Origin: Clostridiales bacterium
Lineage (GTDB): Bacteria > Bacillota > Clostridia > Peptostreptococcales > T1SED10-28
Reading direction: 5' to 3'
Assembly (NCBI GenBank): GCA_007118655.1
Contig: SKRE01000001.1
Span: 1-40,591, forward strand
Length of the DNA stretch: 40,591 nt
A program made the position numbers and the translations under genes. The notes under the pieces were generated by a model that saw nothing but the letters and a program-made list of their open reading frames with translations, ran no database searches and had not been told where the DNA came from. This document shows, piece after piece, positions 21,400 through 30,004 of the stretch. Numbering within the stretch: the stretch's first letter is position 1; each line of letters starts with the position of its first letter.

Positions 21400-22584
21400 A
21401 TGAACAGACGAATTTACATGGACTACTCCGCAACCACACCAATGAGAGAAGAAGTCCTTGAGGAAATGATGGAGTTTATGAAAACTGAATACGGCAACCC
21501 GTCCAGCATCCACAGCTTTGGAAGAGAAAGCAAAAATGCAGTGGACACCGCCAGAGACCGAATTGCGAAAACCATGAATGCGAAGCCCAAGGAAATATAT
21601 TTTACCGGCGGAGGCTCGGAATCCGATAATTGGGCCATTAAAGGCTATGCCTTTGCCAACAAAGATAAAGGAAATCATATTATTACCACAAAAGTGGAGC
21701 ATCATGCGGTACTGCATACCGTGGAATATTTAGAAAAAGAGCATGGATTTACCGCAACCTATCTGGATGTGGATGCCGACGGACTGATCGATTTGGAAGA
21801 CTTGAGAAATGCCATTACCGATGAGACCATTTTGATTACCGTGATGTTTGCCAATAATGAAATCGGAACCATCCAGCCCATTAAGGAAATCGGAGCCATT
21901 GCCAAAGAAAAGAAGGTTGCCTTTCACACCGACGGTGTCCAGGCCCTGGGCAATATCAAGGTTGATGTGGAGGAGTTAAACGTCGATATGATGAGTCTGT
22001 CCGCCCATAAGCTTCATGGACCCAAGGGCATCGGGGCTCTATATATTCGACCCGGCATCCGACTGCACAACCTGGTTCACGGTGGTGCCCAGGAGCGAAA
22101 GAAGCGGGCGGGCACGGAAAATGTACCGGGAATCGTAGGTTTTGGAAAAGCCGCAGAGCTTGCCCATGAAAATTTGGAAGAGCGTATTCAGGAAAAAACC
22201 CGGCTTCGGGATAAAATGATTGACGGGATTTTGGATAGAATTCCCCATACCTTGCTAAACGGTCACCGGACCCAAAGACTTCCCAACAATACCAATATCT
22301 CTTTTCGATTTATTGAAGGGGAATCCCTGTTACTGAGTCTGGATATGGTAGGCATTGCAGCCTCCAGTGGTTCCGCCTGCACCTCGGGATCCTTAGATCC
22401 TTCCCATGTGCTTTTGTCCCTGGGACTCACCCATGAAGTGGCCCACGGCTCCCTAAGACTGACCATCGGAGCTTATAACACAGAAGAAGAAGTGGACTAT
22501 GTATTAGAACAGTTGCCTCCCATTGTTGAGAGGTTACGGCAGATGTCCCCGCTATATGAAGAAATCCAAGGAGGGAATCAATAA
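21400..22584 (+). CDS. iscS: cysteine desulfurase IscS/NifS
   Basis: YMDYSATTP, GNPSS, PLP lysine SAHKLHGPKG, catalytic SSGSACTS. Confidence 0.96.
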   Translation: MNRRIYMDYSATTPMREEVLEEMMEFMKTEYGNPSSIHSFGRESKNAVDTARDRIAKTMNAKPKEIYFTGGGSESDNWAIKGYAFANKDKGNHIITTKVEHHAVLHTVEYLEKEHGFTATYLDVDADGLIDLEDLRNAITDETILITVMFANNEIGTIQPIKEIGAIAKEKKVAFHTDGVQALGNIKVDVEELNVDMMSLSAHKLHGPKGIGALYIRPGIRLHNLVHGGAQERKKRAGTENVPGIVGFGKAAELAHENLEERIQEKTRLRDKMIDGILDRIPHTLLNGHRTQRLPNNTNISFRFIEGESLLLSLDMVGIAASSGSACTSGSLDPSHVLLSLGLTHEVAHGSLRLTIGAYNTEEEVDYVLEQLPPIVERLRQMSPLYEEIQGGNQ

Positions 22585-23012
22585 TGTATACAGAAATAGT
22601 AATGGAGCACTTTACCAACCCCCGAAATGTAGGAGAAATTAAAGACGCCGACGGCGTAGGCCAGGTAGGAAATCCGAAATGCGGCGATATTATGAAGATG
22701 TACTTTAAAATCGATGAAAATGAAGTGATCACCGATGTGAAATTCAAAACCTTCGGCTGCGGTTCCGCCATTGCCAGTTCCTCAATTGCTACAGAGTTGA
22801 TTAAAGGCAAAACCGTAAAGGAAGCCTTAAACGTAAGCAACAAAAGAGTGGTGGAAGAGCTAGGCGGCCTGCCTTCCGTAAAAATTCACTGTTCGGTGTT
22901 GGCGGAGCAGGCGATCAAGTCCACAATCTATGATTATGCCTCAAAGAACAATAAGCATTATGAAGAATTAGAGGGCTTTGATCCGGAAGCCGCTCAAGAG
23001 GATCATCACTAA
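22584..23012 (+). CDS. iscU: Fe-S cluster scaffold IscU/NifU
   Basis: HFTNPRNVG, GNPKCGD, FKTFGCGSAIA, LPSVKIHCSVLA. Confidence 0.95.
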   Translation: MYTEIVMEHFTNPRNVGEIKDADGVGQVGNPKCGDIMKMYFKIDENEVITDVKFKTFGCGSAIASSSIATELIKGKTVKEALNVSNKRVVEELGGLPSVKIHCSVLAEQAIKSTIYDYASKNNKHYEELEGFDPEAAQEDHH

Positions 23013-23049
23013 AGGAACCCTGGGATCCGGAATAAAAAAAGCAGGAATC

Positions 23050-23087
23050 AAAGAAAATACAGTATTTAACTGTGTTTTCTTTTTTTT
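23050..23087 (+). terminator. intrinsic terminator after iscU
   Basis: AAAGAAAATACAGT / ACTGTGTTTTCTTT stem plus T run. Confidence 0.85.
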
Positions 23088-23186
23088 AAATAGATTTATC
23101 TTCAATTTTTTGCTAAAATGAAGGTAGCGGGAAAAGATTCTGAAAATCCCGATAAAAGGGTTTTCGGAATAAAGGAGGGGATTTCC

Positions 23187-24443
23187 TTGTGGGCTGTATC
23201 ATGGCTGAGTTTTGGAACCGCATTACTGAACGCAGGAAATAACGAAGTATCCCGGTTGGCGGAAAGAGGCTATATCATGAATTTTTTATCCTTCCTGATA
23301 TTGCTGGGCGTGCTGTTGCTGATCGGCTTTGGAATTTATTATTTAATACATATCGGCAACAATTTTTTATATCGGGATCGGCGGATTTTTATCGGCAAAA
23401 AACAGATTTTTTATTTTGTCCTTTTCTTTTTCGTTGTGCTGATTCTGATCGGACTGTATACCGTTCAAGGGTTTTTGCTGCAATTAGCAGCCCCCTTTCT
23501 GGCGGCCTTTGCCATTGCCTATATCTTAAATCCCGCGGTAACCTTAATGGATAAAAAGGGGATTAGAAGACCCTACGGAATCCTTTTGATTTATGCAGGG
23601 ATCCTGGTGATCATAGGGCTGCTGTCCCTAAGCTTTTTTCCCAGGATTACCGGAGAAATTCGGCGCTTGATGGAGGTCTTTCCCCAGTACGTGGAAAATG
23701 CCTATGAAAGTTTCCAAGCCTTCTATGAAAGGAACTTCCATCGAATCGGTTTTTTACCTGATAACCTTGAAGATATCGGAGAGATGCTGGATTTGGATAT
23801 GGACCGGTTCCAGGATATGTTTATAGGAGCTTTTGCCTCCATCACCGAGACCTTTCGGGGCTTTTTTATCCGGGTGATCAATGTGATTTTAACCCCGATC
23901 ATCACCTTTTACTTTTTAAAGGACCGGGAAAAATTCAAGCACAATATTTTAATGCTGATCCCTCAGCGGGTTCGCCAGCAGGCCCTTTTGATCGGCTATG
24001 ATATGAATACGGCCCTGGGAGGCTTTATACGGGGACAGCTGTTAGTGGCTCTGTTTGTAGGAACCCTGACTACGGTTTCCCTCTTGATTCTCCGGGTGGA
24101 GTTTGCGGTGCTGGTGGGTATGATTGCCGGGGTATTCAATATTATTCCCTATTTAGGACCTTTCATCGGTATTATTCCCGCGGTGTTCTTTGCCCTGCTG
24201 GACGGACCGGTAAAAGCCCTTTGGGTTATTGTCGTCTTTACCATCATTCAGCAGATCGAAAGCGGGATCGTTACCCCCAGGGTGGTTGGAAAGCGGGTAG
24301 GTTTCCATCCCGTATTTGTGATGCTTTCCCTGATGATCGGGGGCCGGGTGTTCGGGATTCTCGGAATGCTGATCGCCGTTCCCACTGCAGTGACCATCCA
24401 TGTGTTAGGAAAGCACTTTATCGCCTTGGTTAAACGAATATAA
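23187..24443 (+). CDS. AI-2E family (UPF0118/PerM, YrrI-like) transporter
   Basis: PFLAAFAIAYILNP, FYFLKD, GGFIRGQ, NIIPYLGP, QQIES..PRVVG, GILGMLIAVP; start TTG 23187 (SD AAAGGAGG) or ATG 23277. Confidence 0.9.
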   Translation: MWAVSWLSFGTALLNAGNNEVSRLAERGYIMNFLSFLILLGVLLLIGFGIYYLIHIGNNFLYRDRRIFIGKKQIFYFVLFFFVVLILIGLYTVQGFLLQLAAPFLAAFAIAYILNPAVTLMDKKGIRRPYGILLIYAGILVIIGLLSLSFFPRITGEIRRLMEVFPQYVENAYESFQAFYERNFHRIGFLPDNLEDIGEMLDLDMDRFQDMFIGAFASITETFRGFFIRVINVILTPIITFYFLKDREKFKHNILMLIPQRVRQQALLIGYDMNTALGGFIRGQLLVALFVGTLTTVSLLILRVEFAVLVGMIAGVFNIIPYLGPFIGIIPAVFFALLDGPVKALWVIVVFTIIQQIESGIVTPRVVGKRVGFHPVFVMLSLMIGGRVFGILGMLIAVPTAVTIHVLGKHFIALVKRI

Positions 24444-24454
24444 CATGATATAAT
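24426..24454 (+). promoter_or_regulatory. alaS promoter
   Basis: TTGGTT (24426-24431), 17 nt, TGaTATAAT (TATAAT 24449-24454). Confidence 0.7.
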
Positions 24455-24493
24455 TTCTAAAAGCACAACTGATATAAAAGAGGAGGAACATCA

Positions 24494-27124
24494 ATGAAAT
24501 CCATGGGAGCAAACGAAATTCGAAGAGCTTTTTTAAAATTCTTTGAAGAAAAAGACCACTACATTCAAAAAAGTTACCCTCTTGTACCCCAAGAGGACAA
24601 GAGTTTACTATTAATCAATGCGGGAATGGCCCCTCTAAAACCTTATTTCTCCGGCACCAAGGAGCCGCCGAATCAGCGCATGGCCACCTGTCAAAAATGC
24701 ATTCGCACCGATGATATTGAAAACGTGGGACGAACCGCCCGCCACGCCACATTTTTTGAAATGCTGGGGAACTTCTCTTTTGGAGATTACTTCAAAAAAG
24801 AGGCCATTGAATGGGCCTGGGAATTTGTCCTAAAGGACTTGGAGATGCCGAGGGAAAACATCTGGGCCTCCATTTACGAAGAGGACGACGAAGCCTTTGA
24901 TCTGTGGCATGACCATATCGGTCTGGAAAAAGAACGGATTGTACGGCTGGGTAAGGAAGACAACTTCTGGGAAATCGGCACCGGCCCCTGCGGCCCCTGT
25001 TCCGAACTGTACTATGACCGGGGCCCCGCCTACGGCTGCGACGATCCCGACTGTAAACCGGGATGCGACTGTGACCGGTTTGTGGAATTCTGGAACCTGG
25101 TTTTCACCCAGTTTAATAAAGATGAAGAGGGAAATTATACGAAACTGCCAAGCCCCAATATCGATACGGGCATGGGTCTTGAGCGGGTAGCCGCCATTAT
25201 GCAGGATGTAAACTCCATTTATGAAATTGATATTGCCAAAAAGATTTACGACCGTGTGGTAAAGATGAAAAATTCTCCGGAAAAAGAGGAAGAAGGCACT
25301 TCCATTAAAGTGATTACCGACCATATTAAGGCCGTAACCTTTATGATCGGCGACGGAGTCATCCCCAGCAATGAAGGCCGGGGGTACGTTCTTCGAAGAC
25401 TCCTTCGGCGGGGCGCCCGTCACGGAAGACTGCTGGGCATTCGCCACAGCTTCTTAAAGGATCTGATGGAAACCGTGGTGGAGATTTTCGGCGAGGATTA
25501 TCCGGAACTTCAGGAGAAAAAGGATTATATCCGAAAAATCATCACCGTGGAAGAGGAAAAATTCCAGGAGACCGTCGGTCAGGGTATGGAAATCTTGGAC
25601 GGATACATTGAAGCCTTAGTGAAAAGGGGCGAAAATACTCTGTCAGGAGCCGACGCCTTTAAGCTTTATGACACCTACGGTTTTCCCCTGGATCTCACCC
25701 TGGAAATTTTAGCGGAAAAAGAACTTTCCGTGGACGAAGCCGCCTTTAAAGCCGCCATGGAAAAACAGCGAAACCTGGCCAGAAGCTCCCGGCAAAAACA
25801 AGGTACGGAAGGCTGGGCGGAGGATCCGTTAAAAACCGTGGATCCCAAGCTGAAAACCTTATTTACGGGATACACTTCCTTCAAGGAGACCGCAAGGGTC
25901 ATGGCCCTGGTATCCCGGGGTGCCGCCGTGGAGGAAGCCTCCGAAGGCATGGAAGTACTGCTGGTCACCGATAAAACCCCCTTTTACGGAGAAAGCGGGG
26001 GACAGGTGGGAGATCAGGGCAGAGCCTATCATGAGGGCTTTGAAGGAAAAGTACTGGATACCCAAAACGATAAAAACGGAAGAACCTATAAACTGTTAAA
26101 AGTTCTTTCCGGTACGGTGAAAACCGGGGAGGACGTAACCCTGCACATCGATGAAAAACGGCGCTTTGCCACGATGAAAAACCATACGGGGACCCATCTG
26201 CTGCATCAGGCCTTGAAGGATGTTGTTGGGGACCATGTAAATCAAGCGGGCTCCTACGTCAGCGACGAACGGATGCGTTTTGACTTTAACCACTTCGAAG
26301 GACTGACCGGGGAGGAAATGGAAAAGATCGAAGACCAGGTAAACGCCGTGATCTTTAACGGACAGCCGGTCACCGCCTCCACCATGTCCCTGGAAGATGC
26401 AAAGAAAAAAGGGGCCGCAGCCCTGTTTACGGAAAAATACGACGCCCATGTCCGGGTAATTGAAGTGGAGAACTACTCCAATGAACTGTGCGGCGGTTGC
26501 CATGTGGATAACACCAGCAAAATCGGCATGTTTAAAATCCTTCACGAGGCCAGTGTGGCTTCGGGGGTCCGGCGAATTGAAGCGGTCACCGGTGAAGGGG
26601 TTTATCGTCAAATGAAGGAGCAGGAAGCCCTGATTCAGCAGGCGGCCCAAACCTTAAAGGTAAAGGAAGACAATATCCTTCGACGGATCGAAGAGGTATT
26701 GGCAGAACAGAAAGATCAGGCAAAAGCCATCGAATCCTTAAAAAGCAAACTTGCGGGAGACGTTGTGGGAGATCTTCTGGACGCCGCAGTGGATGTAAAA
26801 GGTGTGCCCATGATCCTGGAAAACCTGGGAGAAAAGGAAATGGACGAAATCCGAAAGGTCGGCGACGGTCTAAAGGAAAAAATGGAAAGCGGCATTATTG
26901 TCCTCGGGGCGAAGAACAACGGGAAAGCCAACTTTATTGCCATTGTAACCAGGGATTTAATCAAAAAAGGCATCAAAGCGGGAGACATCGTCAAGGTCGG
27001 CGCAAAAGTGGCCGGCGGCGGCGGCGGGGGACGACCGGATATGGCCCAGGCCGGCGGAAAGAACCCGGAAAAGATAAATGAAGCCCTTGCGGCTGTAAAA
27101 TCCTACGTGGAGGAAACCCTCTAG
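24494..27124 (+). CDS. alaS: alanine--tRNA ligase
   Basis: NAGM..LK, RHATFFEMLGNFSFGDYFK, IDTGMGLER, editing HTGTHLLH and ELCGGCH, GGGGRPDMAQAGG. Confidence 0.99.
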   Translation: MKSMGANEIRRAFLKFFEEKDHYIQKSYPLVPQEDKSLLLINAGMAPLKPYFSGTKEPPNQRMATCQKCIRTDDIENVGRTARHATFFEMLGNFSFGDYFKKEAIEWAWEFVLKDLEMPRENIWASIYEEDDEAFDLWHDHIGLEKERIVRLGKEDNFWEIGTGPCGPCSELYYDRGPAYGCDDPDCKPGCDCDRFVEFWNLVFTQFNKDEEGNYTKLPSPNIDTGMGLERVAAIMQDVNSIYEIDIAKKIYDRVVKMKNSPEKEEEGTSIKVITDHIKAVTFMIGDGVIPSNEGRGYVLRRLLRRGARHGRLLGIRHSFLKDLMETVVEIFGEDYPELQEKKDYIRKIITVEEEKFQETVGQGMEILDGYIEALVKRGENTLSGADAFKLYDTYGFPLDLTLEILAEKELSVDEAAFKAAMEKQRNLARSSRQKQGTEGWAEDPLKTVDPKLKTLFTGYTSFKETARVMALVSRGAAVEEASEGMEVLLVTDKTPFYGESGGQVGDQGRAYHEGFEGKVLDTQNDKNGRTYKLLKVLSGTVKTGEDVTLHIDEKRRFATMKNHTGTHLLHQALKDVVGDHVNQAGSYVSDERMRFDFNHFEGLTGEEMEKIEDQVNAVIFNGQPVTASTMSLEDAKKKGAAALFTEKYDAHVRVIEVENYSNELCGGCHVDNTSKIGMFKILHEASVASGVRRIEAVTGEGVYRQMKEQEALIQQAAQTLKVKEDNILRRIEEVLAEQKDQAKAIESLKSKLAGDVVGDLLDAAVDVKGVPMILENLGEKEMDEIRKVGDGLKEKMESGIIVLGAKNNGKANFIAIVTRDLIKKGIKAGDIVKVGAKVAGGGGGGRPDMAQAGGKNPEKINEALAAVKSYVEETL

Positions 27125-27189
27125 GTCATTGTAAATTCCAACACTTCTTCCAGGGCAAGCAGCCTTGGGGATAAGAAGAAACAATGTTT

Positions 27190-27239
27190 AAACCCTTCTA
27201 TAAACCCTGTTCCTATCCGGGTATGATAGAGGGGTTTTT
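27190..27239 (+). terminator. possible terminator hairpin after alaS
   Basis: AAACCCTTCTAT (27190-27201) / ATAGAGGGGTTT (27226-27237), large internal region, short T tail. Confidence 0.45.
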
Positions 27240-27297
27240 AAAGGCCGGCAAGGACCGGATAAGGACGGATAAAATGATCAAATAAGGAGTGGAAAAT

Positions 27298-27729
27298 ATG
27301 TTATACGGAATGCTCTTTTCAGTACTGGCAGGGATTATGGTATCCATGCAGGGGATATTTAACGCCCGCCTCAGTGATAAAATCGGATTTTGGCATACCA
27401 ATACCTTCGTCCACGGCAGCGGATTCGTGGTGGCCTTTATCATTATGTTGATGTTTGAAAACCTCAATTTCAGTCCCATGAAAGAGGTGCAGCCCTATTA
27501 TCTTTTAGGGGGAGTTATGGGAGTGGTGATCATTTTCAGTGTGATTAACGGAATCTCCTCCATCGGGGCAAGTTATACCATCACCTTAATGATCGTGACC
27601 CAGATTATTTTTACGGCGGGAATTAATTATTTCGGCTACTTCGGCGAGCCCATCATTATTTTAACCTTGAGAAAAGGCCTGGGGCTGGCCTTAATGATCA
27701 GCGGTCTGGTGCTGTATCAGTTAAAATAA
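27298..27729 (+). CDS. DMT superfamily YdcZ-like (DUF606) membrane protein
   Basis: AGIMVSMQGIFNARL, YYLLGGVMG, IGA..Q, FGYFG; about five hydrophobic segments; ATG 27298 after AAGGAG. Confidence 0.85.
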   Translation: MLYGMLFSVLAGIMVSMQGIFNARLSDKIGFWHTNTFVHGSGFVVAFIIMLMFENLNFSPMKEVQPYYLLGGVMGVVIIFSVINGISSIGASYTITLMIVTQIIFTAGINYFGYFGEPIIILTLRKGLGLALMISGLVLYQLK

Positions 27730-27852
27730 GGCTTCGGGAAAAAGAGTATAAGAAGAGTTTCGAAAGAAAAACACCGCTATGGTTTTAAACTTTCGAAATC
27801 TATGGTAAAATAGTAAGAAGACTTAGAAACGAAAAATTAAGGGGGTTATGTC

Positions 27853-28104
27853 ATGTACGATGATCAATCTACCATGAAGTTCAATATAGACCAGGAGAAG
27901 CAGGATGAAGCAAGAAGCATCATTGAAACCGTATACCAATCCTTAGAGGAAAAGGGATACAATCCGGTAAATCAATTCATCGGTTACATGTTATCCGGCG
28001 ACCCGACCTATATCACCAGCCACAACAACGCCAGAAGTATCATTTCTAAGATCGAGCGGGATGAATTACTGGAAGAACTCCTACGATCTTACTTATCCAA
28101 ATAA
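27853..28104 (+). CDS. IreB/ReoM family regulatory phosphoprotein (UPF0297)
   Basis: [46 protein letters not shown]; alaS-ireB-ruvX synteny. Confidence 0.95.
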   Translation: MYDDQSTMKFNIDQEKQDEARSIIETVYQSLEEKGYNPVNQFIGYMLSGDPTYITSHNNARSIISKIERDELLEELLRSYLSK

Positions 28105-28111
28105 AACCAGG

Positions 28112-28141
28112 GAAGTAAGGGGGTTGCCTCTTACTTTTTTT
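28112..28141 (+). terminator. intrinsic terminator after ireB
   Basis: AAGTAAGGGG-GTTG-CCTCTTACTT plus T run. Confidence 0.85.
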
Positions 28142-28173
28142 CATGGAAAGGTTTCCTATTTTTTAATGAACTG

Positions 28174-28182
28174 TGTTATAAT
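28174..28182 (+). promoter_or_regulatory. extended -10 promoter for AKR-ruvX unit
   Basis: TGtTATAAT 36 nt upstream of the start codon. Confidence 0.6.
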
Positions 28183-28217
28183 TAATATTTGTATGGTAGG
28201 ATTTAAGGAGGATGACC

Positions 28218-29180
28218 TTGGAGTATAATCGATTAGGCAAAAGTGAACTGAAAGTCTCCAAACTCTGTTTCGGATCCTTAACCATCAGTCCCTTGCAACG
28301 AAACCTTTCGGTAACACAATCTGAAAATATTTTGCTTCATGCCTTTGATCATGGAGTAAACTTTATTGATACCGCCGCCCTTTACGAGAATTATCATCAG
28401 ATTAAGGGGGCCCTGAAACAGTGGGGAAGACATAAAATCCACATTGCCACCAAGTCCTATGCTTATTCCGAGGACACCGCAAGACGCAGTTTGCAGGAGG
28501 CCCTTACCGGCCTTGAAACCGACTATATCGATCTGTTTATGCTGCATGAACAGGAAAGTGAACATACCCTTCGGGGGCATCAGGAAGCCATCGACTTTTT
28601 TCTTCAAAAGAAAAAGGAAGGGGTCATTAGAAGCTTCGGCATTTCCACCCATTTTATTGAGGGGGTAAAGGCCGCTGCAAATCACGGGGCCATGGATGTG
28701 GTCCACCCCATCGTAAACCATCAGGGCCTGGGCATCGTGGACGGAGATATTTCAGGGATGCTTGAAGCCATTAAGGAAGCGAAACAAAAGGATATCGGTA
28801 TTTTTGCGATGAAACCCCTGGGGGGCGGACATTTTCTTTCGGATTTTCAAAAGAGTTTTGAGTACGTACTAAACCTCCCGGACCTTGACTCCATTGCCGT
28901 CGGCATGCAGTCCAGGGAAGAGGTGGAAGTAAATACGGGGATTTTCTCGAAAAAAGAAATTTCCCATGAGACCATAAAAAAAATTCAGGCACAGCCCAGA
29001 GCCCTGCAAATCGCAGATTGGTGTCAAGGCTGCGGGCGCTGTGTGAATCGGTGTAAGATGAATGCTCTTCGCCTTCAGGGGGAAGAGGAAAAAAAACGGG
29101 CCGTGGTGGATCCCCGGCGCTGCGTTTTTTGCGGATACTGCGGGAAGGTTTGTCCCGACTTTTGCATCAAAGTTATTTGA
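28218..29180 (+). CDS. aldo/keto reductase with C-terminal 2x[4Fe-4S] ferredoxin domain
   Basis: MEYNRLGKS..VS, IDTAALY, IATK, TDYIDLFMLH, AMKPLGGG; CQGCGRCVNRC and CVFCGYCGKVCP; TTG 28218 fits SD AAGGAGG. Confidence 0.9.
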   Translation: MEYNRLGKSELKVSKLCFGSLTISPLQRNLSVTQSENILLHAFDHGVNFIDTAALYENYHQIKGALKQWGRHKIHIATKSYAYSEDTARRSLQEALTGLETDYIDLFMLHEQESEHTLRGHQEAIDFFLQKKKEGVIRSFGISTHFIEGVKAAANHGAMDVVHPIVNHQGLGIVDGDISGMLEAIKEAKQKDIGIFAMKPLGGGHFLSDFQKSFEYVLNLPDLDSIAVGMQSREEVEVNTGIFSKKEISHETIKKIQAQPRALQIADWCQGCGRCVNRCKMNALRLQGEEEKKRAVVDPRRCVFCGYCGKVCPDFCIKVI

Positions 29181-29234
29181 TCATAATAAAGCGACGAATC
29201 CGTCAATTTTAGGGATAAGCAATGAGGAGGATCT

Positions 29235-29645
29235 ATGGAGAAATTTTTAGGACTGGATATCGGAGACCGCACCATCGGCGTGGCGGTCAGCGACGCTTTG
29301 GGTTTTACGGCCCAGGGCATCGAGACGATTTTTCGAAAAAACAAAAAGGAAGACTATCAGCGTTTGGAAGAGATCATTAAGGAACACGGCATTAAAACCG
29401 TGGTGGCGGGACTTCCAAAAAACATGAACGGCAGTTTGGGCCCCCAAGGGGAAAAAACCAAGGTCTTTTGTGAAAAACTGAAAAATAAATTTGATGTAAC
29501 CATCATCTACTGGGATGAACGATTGAGCACCAAAGCCGCCCAACGAACCTTAATTGAAGGGGACGTCAGCAGAAAGAAACGAAAAGGCCTCATTGATAAA
29601 ATGGCGGCGGTCCATATTCTCCAGGGATATCTGGACAGTTTGTAA
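29235..29645 (+). CDS. ruvX: YqgF/RuvX pre-16S rRNA nuclease (putative Holliday junction resolvase)
   Basis: LGLDIGDRTIGVAVSD, GLPKNMNG, WDERLST, IDKMAA..ILQ. Confidence 0.96.
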   Translation: MEKFLGLDIGDRTIGVAVSDALGFTAQGIETIFRKNKKEDYQRLEEIIKEHGIKTVVAGLPKNMNGSLGPQGEKTKVFCEKLKNKFDVTIIYWDERLSTKAAQRTLIEGDVSRKKRKGLIDKMAAVHILQGYLDSL

Positions 29646-29707
29646 GCAAAAAAACAATAGTTTTTACAAATCATCAAAAGTATTAAAATTAAAGGAGGAA
29701 TTTAACC

Positions 29708-29998
29708 ATGGAAGAAAAAGAAAACATTATTACCCTGATTGATGAAAACGATGAGGAAAAAGAATTTGAGATTATTATGACCCTGGAACTGGAAGGGAAA
29801 GAGTACACGATCTTAATGCCTTTGGACGCCGAAGAAGAGGAAGAAGCTTACGTCTTCCGTATTGAAAATGAAGGTGCGGGAGAAGACGATTTCGTACTCG
29901 TATCCATTGAAGACGACGACGAGTATCAAAAAGTTGTGGATGCTTACGAAACCATCGTAGAAGAGGATCATGATCACGACGACGAAGAAGAAGAGTAA
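29708..29998 (+). CDS. DUF1292 (YrzB-like) acidic protein
   Basis: ITLIDENDEEKEFEI, YTILMP, SIEDDDEY; canonical position after ruvX. Confidence 0.9.
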   Translation: MEEKENIITLIDENDEEKEFEIIMTLELEGKEYTILMPLDAEEEEEAYVFRIENEGAGEDDFVLVSIEDDDEYQKVVDAYETIVEEDHDHDDEEEE

Positions 29999-30004
29999 AT
30001 AAAC

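Noticed and set aside
27013-27029. GGC-repeat run in alaS as a contingency locus
   Set aside because: Encodes the conserved GGGGG motif of the AlaRS C-terminal domain
27241-27270. Short repeats here, at 19138-19179 and at 33060-33129 as CRISPR remnants
   Set aside because: No regularly spaced 23-47 bp repeats with unique spacers and no cas genes
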